DNA of 64,000 bases from Amoebophrya sp. A120 (Eukaryota; Protista; Dinoflagellata): contig CAJINV010000008.1 of the NCBI GenBank assembly GCA_905178155.1, positions 62,001 through 126,000 of the forward strand, written 5' to 3'. Under the pieces are notes generated by a model that saw only the letters and a list, made by a program, of their open reading frames with translations, searched no databases and was not told the DNA's origin. Numbering within the stretch: the first letter of the stretch is position 1; every line of letters begins with the position of its first letter. The position numbers were made by a program, and so were the translations under genes. Positions 39,501-49,700 of this stretch are shown here, one piece after another.

Positions 39501-41257
39501 CACAGGACCGCGTCGGCCAGCGGGAAGACAAAGGCGTCGGCGTTGCCGCCCCCAAACTCGCGGATCATCGCAGTACCGGTCTGGAACGCGTGCTCGTGAA
39601 CCAGGGTGGACTCGTCCCGCAGACCCTGCAGCACGTACTGCAGGCCACACTGCTTGCACACTGGTTCGAATGCGTCAACCTGAATTTGAATTTATAGACG
39701 TGCTGGTGACACTTATTTCTTCCCGCCGATGAGGACCCGGCGAAAAGATTATCTGCAAAGCATGACTGTAGATTGTCATTGTTTTTTACCTCAACATCGT
39801 GCACTTGCATCAAGAACAGAAACAAGGAAGTAGATTGTACGGAAAAAAAACGGAGAAGCTTATAATTGTTCAGCCTCAAACTCAGTATACCTTGCACAAG
39901 AATTCCATGAGGGAGAAGGCCCCCGCCCGCTGCTCCGGCAACGGGCCGGACAGAGCGCGCGGCTGGACGATCTCTTCCATGACGCGACCGAGGAGGCTCT
40001 TGTCGAGTGTGACGTTGAGCATCTCGGAGAGCGCGTGAGCGGACCCCGTCCGTTCGTTTTCACTGTTGTGGGAGTCGCCACGCGTGGATTGCAGGTTGTC
40101 CAGCGCCCACGGAATCAGGTCCGACTCCAACAGATCCGGCAGGTTCTTCCCCAGCGACCCCAGGGACTTCGCGGCCTCCCGCTGAATCTCGAAGGTGGGG
40201 TCCAAGGCCAGCGTTTTCAGAATCGGGAGCAGCTGCCCGAGGTAGCTCTCCAGGATCTCCGGGTCCTCGATGAGCACGACGGCGGCGCCGATGATCATGA
40301 TGCCGTTCTTCTTGCTGTCGAAGGTCTTTTCCTTCATCGCACGCTCCACGATCGGGAACAGCAGGGCGAACGACGCCGCGTCCACGTACGAGAGAAACGT
40401 AGTGTTTGCAATCTGGTACAGGGTCTCGGTCGCGAGCTTCATGTTCCCGAAGTTCTTCAGGCAGTTCACGATTTTGTCACTGATCGCGGAAATTTCCGTG
40501 CACGTGACCATCTTGCCAACCTGCTCGAGCAGCTTCGCGCTGGTTTGTTGGATCTCGCTGCGGACCTCCTTGCTGCAAGCCACCAACACGCGAACCAGGG
40601 ATGCCATCTCGTGCAAAAGCTGCTTGCGGCAGTGCTCGGCCAAGGCGGACAGAAGACCTGGAAAGATGGTGGAAATATTTTTTGTGTTCTAGTACTCAAC
40701 GTACATACACAGACTTAGACAAGAGCAAGACGGTAATGCGAATAACTCGAGCTGAGCCATGATATGGTTGCTAGGGTTGAAATTATAATTTTGTCGATGA
40801 GTCATCTTCTACAAGCAAAATCTTAAAAATTTCTCGTACCAGAAGCCATGACTTCCAGAGCTGCGACCTTGACTTTCCATTTGTTCTGGGGTGGTTTTTC
40901 GATGGCACTCAGGATGAGCGGGAAGAAGGCAGCTGCCAGGGCCGGACGGGCCTGCACTGCGCCCTGCAACACCGCAAGCGCGGGCTTTGCCAGTTTTGCG
41001 TCAGCCGTCAGAACCAGCAACTCGGGAACGACCTGCAAGACCAAAAGAGCGAACTTCGCCTTCGAGTCAGAATCGGAAGCTCCTTCTTGCTCCTTCGCAA
41101 GCTTGCTCAGCACGTTGGTCACTGCATTTCCCTGCTGCTTCTTGTCGGCAAGGGCCTTCTGCAAGAACGCACCGGCCTCCTCGATGTTCGCGATCTCGAA
41201 CAAAGTGCAAGTCCCCTTCTCCAGAGCGCTGGACAAGACCTCGGTAGTGGTCGACAT
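36593..41257 (-). CDS. Elongation factor 3-like ABC-F ATPase with extended GCN1-like HEAT N-terminus
   Basis: Two ABC cassettes (GRNGTGKTT/LSGGWRMR/LLLDEPTNHLD and GVNGAGKTT/FSAGQKSK/VALDEPTNYID). Chromodomain-like insert in ABC2 (YEAKWWNLDDSKQNTWV). HEAT repeats. GT-AG introns 40658-40839 and 39680-39890. Confidence 0.88.
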
Positions 41258-42505
41258 TTTTCTTTTCTGCGGATTTACTAACTTCAACAAATGTAAATGA
41301 GAACAGATCGAGTTACAAAGAAAGGGATGCAAATGCAAGAAAGTATCCTTCTCGAAAATCGATGCTGTCACAGTTATGCAGTAAACAACTAAAAAAATAA
41401 TTTGCGCCAGAAATTTGACTCTTCAAAAAGACTCGCTCGGATGCAATTGCGATTAGAAGCCCTGAGCCTGATGTAGGTTCAAATACGATTCAGGATTACA
41501 AAATCAAAATGGTGTTTTTTCTAGGTTGTATGTATGTGTAGCCAAGTATTTTTGCGGTGAATGATCTTCCGTCGGATTCGGTGTTTGGTTTGAGTTGTTC
41601 AAACAGTTTCAGATTTTCAAGACAACTAAATTTGAAATGTTCAGTAGTTCTGCCACGAATTATATGGAGCTAGGTGTTTAGGTGTGAGTGTTAAAGGCAA
41701 AACGGACAATATTTACTTGTGCTTTGCGAACTCCTCGTCAATTTGTGAGCGGTTATTGGGTTCGGAAATAATCTTTTTAGGTGGATAGGGTTTTTCGGAC
41801 GTGCAATAAAGAACGATTTCGATTTTTGGCTCGTTGTTAGAGAATCAATCCTGGAGGAACTCGATGTGAATGCATTCGATGGAGTTGGAGGAGATGATTT
41901 CTATTGCGCTTGTCATTTTCGCTTATTAGCCTCTTACATACTTTATGATCTTCATTTCGGATCCAAACAACCGACCTATCAGCTCCCGATTTCTTGTCGC
42001 TCTTTCGAGTAAATCAAAATTAATTTCGCAGCTCTGTCACTATACAGGATATCAAAAGAGCTAGAGCTACCAAACAGAAAGTTTTGTGTTCGTCTGAGAC
42101 CGATCTTCGTTTGTGCTTGTTTATTCTTTACGTCTCCCTCACTCTCCACCTGCAGGAAAAACAAAAATGATACCCAGAAAAAATAGAAAGGCTGTGCAAC
42201 ATCAATGTGCTTCTGCAAGGCTACGAACATGAACAACTGCAATCATGTCAAAATGTTGTTTGTTCTTGCTTTGGTTTTCTTTGTAAAAAGCGGAGCGGAA
42301 GAACATCATAGAGCATCACGAGCGGTTTGACAATGGGAATGCCTGCGGCCTCACTATTGGCGAAATAAGTGAAAGATGCAACTACGCCAAATCTACAGTT
42401 GTGATAACCCTCGTAGCACCATTCCAATTTCTATTCGATGTTGATCCATTCTTAAACACGAGCGTCGTGTACCAGCTGGAGGAAATCGCGATTGTTGTGA
42501 CGAGT

Positions 42506-43534
42506 TTACCAATTTGTGTCTTTTGTTCCCCCGTCGTAGAGCTTTGCATGACCCTCGTCGAGGAGCCACTGGTTCCAGTTTTTTCCGGCACGGCGCCATC
42601 CGAAGCAAGTGGTCTTTTCTTCCACTACCTCCGCCAACAGGCGGCCGTACTTCTCCAAGGCCACGTTTTCCAAGCGCACGAACTTTCCGAGAATCTTCTC
42701 CCGGAGCGCGTCCCGAGCCTGAATGGCAAGCTTCTTTTCCTTTTCGGAGACATCCTTGCCCTTCATTTCCGGTGTATCGATGCGTGCCAGGCGCACCTTG
42801 AAGAGTCGTGGCCCTGCGGAGCAAGTTGACTTTGCCTGTCTCGCGGCGATCGTGATGGTGTCGCCGTCATAGACATCCACGACGAAACCGCGCTTCACGG
42901 CGGGAACGAACTTTGGCGTGTTCTCTTTCGTGCATCTTCTCAGGCGGGGGTCGTCCAACAGACAAGTCTTGAAACATTTCAGCAGGCCACAACACGACGC
43001 TGCTCCACCTGCGCAATTCGTCATTCCACCTTCAAGATGGTCGCCGGTTGAATTTTTCTGCTTAGTACTAGGTGGCCCTGCCTTATTGTTGCTCTGCAAT
43101 TGGAACTGGGGCGGCAGGCCGAGACCGTGACTCGGGTCAACTGGCTCCTCTCCGCGAACGATTTCCCGCGACAAGGACCACAGCGGCGTGCTTTTTTCGA
43201 AGGGGAGATGCAGAACATGATTGCGCGCTGAAAGCTTAATTTCCTTGTCGTAAGCGTGCAAAACTTGGATTCCATTCTCCAGATCTGTTTTCGCGTAGGA
43301 GAACTTGTCAAGGGGAAGGCCAAGGCGCAACTCGAATGCGTGAATCAGAACCTGGTTCCATGAAATTGCATCTGGCCCTGCACCAGCAAGAGCTGCTGTG
43401 TCACGTTCTTGCCCTTCACCTTCTGCAACAAAGTCCTTGCGGCCTTTCCCATCGTCTTCACTGGATGACGAGGAAACCGAAGCGCCGGATACCGTTGTTG
43501 GCTGAAAGGCTTTATTTTCGACGACAATCGCCAT
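42506..43534 (-). CDS. Staphylococcal nuclease (TNase/SNase) domain protein
   Basis: VVDVYDGDTIT, VRLARIDTPE, EKYGRLLAEV, NQWLLDEGHA..YDGG. Intronless 342-aa ORF. Confidence 0.88.
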   Translation of the reverse strand: MAIVVENKAFQPTTVSGASVSSSSSEDDGKGRKDFVAEGEGQERDTAALAGAGPDAISWNQVLIHAFELRLGLPLDKFSYAKTDLENGIQVLHAYDKEIKLSARNHVLHLPFEKSTPLWSLSREIVRGEEPVDPSHGLGLPPQFQLQSNNKAGPPSTKQKNSTGDHLEGGMTNCAGGAASCCGLLKCFKTCLLDDPRLRRCTKENTPKFVPAVKRGFVVDVYDGDTITIAARQAKSTCSAGPRLFKVRLARIDTPEMKGKDVSEKEKKLAIQARDALREKILGKFVRLENVALEKYGRLLAEVVEEKTTCFGWRRAGKNWNQWLLDEGHAKLYDGGTKDTNW

Positions 43535-44429
43535 ACTTTATCTGCCACTGTACTAGCCTTGCCGCATGCAGCAGCAGCACATCACATCTCTTTCGTTACT
43601 TCGATGTAAATCCTGTTGTGATTCAACTGAACTGGAGCGTTATACGTCCCAGAAAATAAGCACCTCACCGCTCCTGATTTTTCTCAACTACAAGATCTAT
43701 CACGGCCAAACCCTTTCTTGTTTGTCACACACATCTCACTCTCCTCGTGGTAACCAATGACGGGCAGGCGGTTACTTATTCACTCATCCTGTTCCTGTGC
43801 CCCAACAAGAACATGCAAATCCAACGCTGTCTCGTGGTCGTGGTCGCGCCTTCCTTTTCGCATTGCTCCGCAACACCATCCATCCCTTACAGACGGAAAT
43901 AAAAGCCACTTGCACTTCCTGACGTGACTGCAGAAATTCATTATTTCTTGTCAGACAGGCAAACCGGAAAGGGCAATCGGAATAGGGACGAACTAGCTCT
44001 GATTGTCCTTTCAAACGAATCACTTCATACAAACATAATTAGTTCGCCGGATGTCGAAACTAATATGTGCAGCCATACCCTTTATGCACATATTAGACGT
44101 ACATCAGAGCTCATTTTGACGCAATTGGATTTGTCGGCCTCGGTCATTCTAGCACACACGACGAGCACTTGTATTAACAAGAATCTTCCTTCGAAGTCCA
44201 GCCCGGGACTGAAACGGGCCGGAAACATTTTTTCATCAAACAGAGGACCTAGTTCGTTGGAAGATTAAGTAGGTCGTCCTTTGGACAGCACGACGAAGAC
44301 GATTAAAAATGACGCAAAGCTCAAATTGTATGCGGACAAGCCACCAGCAGAACCACACAGAGAAAGTGGTCATTACATTTTTCAGATTTGCATTCACATC
44401 TCGTACACCGGTCCTTTTCTCTAGCGACG

Positions 44430-45668
44430 CTACTTCTTGCCGAAGAGGTAGTTGAGATTCCCGGCGTCGGCGGCGAGCCGCTGCTCGTTGCGCCGGGCGG
44501 CTGCGTAGGCGGACTCGTGTGTGAACCGCTTTGTATCGTAAAACGCAGTGGGCTTATCGGGTATGTCCTCTTGCACTCGGCACGGCTTGTTTATCACTTC
44601 CATCGGCAAGATTTCCAGGTCTGGGAATGTTTTGTTTTTAAAGAGACTTCCTGTTCCTTCGACATCTATTATTCGATGGACCGACGCCGGATATTCGTTG
44701 CAAGATGGTACGACTTATAACGCTGGACCATGCACTATCATAATCATACCATAGACATAGAAGCGAAAGGATCTTAGTATCAAGACAGTCTACGTTGCGT
44801 TCCCCTTCCTTTCTTGAAGAACCATATTTGAAAAAAAAGAAACAAACCAAGCACATTTTTGTCACAGATACCTTTGAAGCTTTCGTTGTCCTCCGTCATG
44901 TTCTGGTAGGTCGTCTGTTTGGCATCGTTTGACCTGTCGCCGGGTGTGACATGCTCCAGGATGCTGTACTTTCTTCCACCGTGCTGTTTATTTCGTGAGC
45001 GAGATGAACGCTTCAATTGGATTTGGATCACGATTTCTTGTTCGTTGAGTCCGAGGGATTGCCAAGATGAAAATACAACAGGTAAGTACGATAGGTTTAT
45101 TGGCCACGACACAACCAATATATTCTATTTTCAGTGTTGTTCTACAGCTAGTACATTGTCGTTTCTTATGTACTACCTTTTGAGTTTTGTTACACTCGGA
45201 AGCGAAATAGTCACAATGTACCGTGCTAAGGTGCTTGGCAACGTTTTCTGATGTTAGCGATGAATTTCGGTGGTGGCGAGGGTCCTTCTTTAGCGGCGCT
45301 CTGCTCGGTAGCCCTTCTCGGCGGCTGAACTTCGGTGCCCTGGAGCGCAGGTCAAGAAGTGAAAATTGATAAAGATGTTTTTTGCCTATTGCATCCTGAT
45401 AATAATTTTTGCTCGCCAAGAAATCGAAATAAGGTACACGTACAAGACGCATTCGACCCGTGCGTTGTTATATTCACACAGTTTTCATCACAAAAAAAGA
45501 ATGAAGGAGAATCGTGCTTGGAAAAAAACGTGTGAAAACCTGCAGAACCAGTTACCTCGTTCCTTTCGCCGTAGACCATGCTACAGCAGGCTTGATGTAG
45601 TCCGCTGCACCGGGGTTATCACTCCCGGTCATGTGATGCACATCTCGGCTTGCCTTGCCGAAACTCAT
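44430..45668 (-). CDS. Hypothetical multi-exon protein (5' part unresolved)
   Basis: Plausible GT-AG-linked exons: MSFGKASRDV...PGAADY, APKFSRRE..., ...NESFK-DLEILPMEV...LFGKK*. No domain recognised. Confidence 0.4.
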
Positions 45669-46757
45669 TTTGTGCGGCTACTATGGAAAGAAATTTACTC
45701 GGACAGGCTCGGTTTATACTTCGTAGTTCCGCTTGATGCTCCTGGAAACTTGCTTCGCTTCTGCAATGGTAGACAACAACCTTTGTCACATGTCTAGGGC
45801 CCTCCGACACTTTTTTCGTGGGTGAAGAGTGTTATTTCCACGATGAATCAAGAACGCCACAGACCATCTTGCTGTGGAATCCAAAGAAATAGAAATGTGT
45901 GATCGAAGATGGGTTCGCCACTCCACTCGCAGCACGACTCGACACCGTCACTCACGATTAGGAGTACGCTAACCGGAAGCAGCTAAAAAACACAAACAAT
46001 ACGACTTCGCCTTCACGTCGAAAACGAAACGAATTTCGATTCATACGAAAAAAAAGTCCACCACGATGGAACGCGACACGATAAAGATACGACCTCTTCC
46101 TCTCGAATTGAACTTGCACACTGTCGGGCCGAACATCAAAAGATATAAATCGCCGTGTCTCGCAGTGGGGTCTCCATGCGTTTGAGCTTCAAAATCGAAG
46201 GCCTTTTATGTCCTGATCGAAATCCATGTCGTCTGGAAGACCCTCGTCCTCTGTGCATCTGTACATTGATTTTTTCTTTTCCGACCTAAGTCTAACGTTT
46301 TTTCGGCAAATCCTAAAAATGCATTCGCATTCACTATTATGCAACATTGTCTTGGACAATTTTCATGACTTGTTGAAACTGTTTATTTCTATTTGCTCTA
46401 CTCGTACTGGAGATACTTGGTACGATCGAGAGCAACTCGTACGTCTATGGATTTTGTTTCAAAATCTTCGTTAAAAAAAGCTTTTTCCTTTGCAATCATC
46501 TTTTATTCCATTTACGAATAGTACGGCCCCTTTCCCTTTGTCTACTACGTTGTCTTTGATGTTCTCTACAAAGTGCAAGTTGGTCCTTCCATAGAAGTGA
46601 CATTTTGGCTTGCGACGTTCCTCTGACGATGAATACAGCCTGCTGGTGGATCCTGGCTATACAACTTTATTATCCTTTTTGAAAAAAGATCGATGCATAG
46701 TGCTAGTGTTGTGGGCCTGTTGAGTATAATCTACAAAACATCTTCAGCACAGTCACT

Positions 46758-49700
46758 TTACCTCACCGCGAGTTTCTTTCGCTGCGTGAGAACGTCGCCT
46801 TCCTTCGCCTCCATCTCCTGCTCCTGCTGAGCCTCAGCGGCATCGTTGGCCTCCGCGTCAGAGGTGGACGGCTCCGAACCTTCTTTGACTCCACCGATTT
46901 CGGGCTGTGACTCTCCGGGAATACCGTCGCTGTCTTTGTCTTCATTCTGTTCCAGCATCTCCTCCTCGTCTTCCTCCTCGTCGCCCTCTTGCTCTTCCTC
47001 GTCCTCTGCATTCTCCTCGGCACCAGCTTCGTCCTCTTCTTGTCCTTCATTCTCCGGGTCCTCGTCCTCTGCGTCCGCAACATCCTCCTCCTCCTCGACT
47101 TCACTGTCCCCTTCGGTCGCAGGGGCCGCATCGTCATCTACTTCACCCGTTACATCATCAACCTCTTCGTCGGCCTCGCCTTCGTCCACCTCGTCGTCCT
47201 GCGGCGGGAAGCGCGCGGCGCAGACCATCTCGGTGGTGTCGAGGCCCACGGGCTCCTTCTCCTCGTACACCCGCCCCGGGGTGTAGCCGTCGGTGAACAG
47301 CTTGCAAGATTGATCCGCCTCGTTGTACTCGTATCCCGCGCAGGTGTCGTAGTTTTCGCCGTTGCACTGGTCCCGGCACTCTTTTTCACTGTCCGCCTTC
47401 TCAGCCTCGAGTTCCTCGTCATCGTCGTCATCCTTTTTCTTTCCTCCAACGGCGGATGTTGAAGAAGTTGTAGATGCAGCTGCAGCTGCGCTCTTTTTCA
47501 CAGTCACTGTGCTCGTCTGCGTCTGCTGCGACGTCTTGGTCACCATTGCGGGACTTCCACTTGCAGTAGAGTTTCTTTGTGCTTGCATTTTCTGCTTCGC
47601 GTCAGCGACCCGTTGAGCCAACCGCCTGCGCAGGTCCGACATACCATTGCGACCTGATGCAGTAGTTCTGCCCGTCGGGAGCTGCTTCTTACTGTGTCTC
47701 GTTTTTCGTCCGCGGGAGCGGGACGTTGCAGCTCGTGTGCCTGCAACTTTTGTTGCCAAAGATGAGATAGGCTTCGCCTTACCCGTCTTCGCAAACGCTC
47801 TAATTGGCGTCTTGTTTTCTTCGCTGGCCACCTCCAGGAAGGCCAGCGGCTGGCGCTTGCTTGGCTTCATCATGTGTTTCTTAGCCATGTGCTTGCTCTT
47901 CTTGTGCAGCTTTTTATTCGCCTTTTTCATCTTCCTGGCTTTCTTTGATTTTTTGGACGTCGATGTGAGTTTGGACTTGCTTCTTGTCTTCCGTGCTTTT
48001 CTGGAGGACCCTGCCCGCTTTAGCTTCTTGGAAAGAAGCTTCACAGACTTTTTGTGGGTCCTGCCGTTGGACTTCTTCAACGACGTCGGTGAAGATGGGT
48101 GACGAGAGCGTGCAACTTTCTTGGCGGGGCGACGGTGTGCCAAAGTCAAGTGGTTCCTCGAGGTTTTCCTAGCTGACGATTTCTTCACCTTTGCGTGGCC
48201 GCGCAGTGTTTCAGCAAGTACCGTTGGACTCACCTCCGACCCGGGTTTTTCGCTAGCGGGCGTCTTGTTCAGATCCTCGAGCAAGTGTGCGATGCTCTGG
48301 AAATCCAGGCGCTCCAACGCACCGGCTTTTTCTAGCTGGTGCAGTTCCGCAACGGCAGCGGGACTCAGCTTCAAGCCTGCTTGCTGCAATTCGGTCAACG
48401 CTGCGTTGATAGTGTGTGCCTGCGTGGTTTCCTGTTCCTTCTTTCGCTCGCTCGCGCCCTTTTCGATCTCCGGAACCACCACCCCGCTAGGAACTGGCGG
48501 GACCCCGACGGGATCGCGACCGTATGAAGCAAAACAAATTAATCACCTCCCGCCCACGGTCACAACTTTGTAAAAAAGTTAAAGATTTGTTTTTGTGTTC
48601 TTCTCCTTCAGTGACATTGTGTCAAGACGAGGCTTGTTATTTTCATCTTTTTTCTTTTTTGGCCTTCTTTACGTTCGCATTCTTTCATGCGGGTAGAGGC
48701 AATGGGAATGGCGTTTCCTAGCAAACAACATCATGATATTTAGCCAGACGGCATGAAAATAAAGAGTACCAACATCACCTTGCCACGTCACAAAAATGCA
48801 AGAAGATATTCTTTATCCTTCCCTGTGAGCAAAATGGTGATCCGAGTTATTGTTTCAACGGGATATCACTGGAGCTGCCGTTACTGGTTGAACTTCTGGA
48901 CCAACTTTTTCTTCCTGGATCGGTTTGGTCAGCGCCTCATGCTTGTCGACCACGATGCGGGATTTCGCGAGTGCTGCTGCCGCTTTCGCTGCAGCCTCCC
49001 TCAACATTTTGGCCGTAACGTCATCCTTGTCAGCTGCACCAGAAGATGTTGCTGTTGTAGTTCCGGGGGTTACAGCTCCCTGCTCTTGCTGATCGACTTT
49101 GGCACCGGACATGGGGTACTGCTTGTTGAGTGCAGCTTCCTCCGCTTTCTTTTTCGCCTGCAGCATGCCCTCCGGGGACGAGCCGTCACAGCTTCCGGGC
49201 ATGACGATGAAGGGCACGGTCTTTCGGGAACATGTTTTCCCCTCGTCTTCTTTCGGGTCGTGTTCCCCGACCTCGGACGGGTCGACGATGGCGGAGTTCA
49301 TCAGAGCGCATTGCTTGTCTTCCTCGCCGTATGGCCCGAAAAAGGAATGCTTCACCTAATAAGTTGTTTCTGTGCCTTTTGTACTGCAACTGCATCACTA
49401 CTTCAGAATTTCTCAGGTAGTGATGCAGTTGCAGTACAAAAGGCACGGTAAATACATGACATGAGTCGTCGCGCGGAAAAAGGTCTATGACAGATCTCGT
49501 TCCGCGCGGCGCATTACAGACCAATAAGTAAATCAACGTGAAGCAGTTCTTTTTTCGTTTTTTGCGGGATATGTCGTACTCGTATCCGAAACACCCTCCT
49601 TCGCCTTGTACTGCGTCGGCGTCTCGCGCCACAGTGTTCCGCTCGTCGCAGGCCGTCATGCAGTCGTCCTCTGTTTTATCCTCGAGTACCTCCGGTTCCG

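Noticed and set aside
36647-39697. 1016-aa plus-strand ORF (and the 552-aa alternate-frame ORF 38001-39659)
   Set aside because: Shadow of the GC3-rich eEF3-like gene; no motifs of its own.
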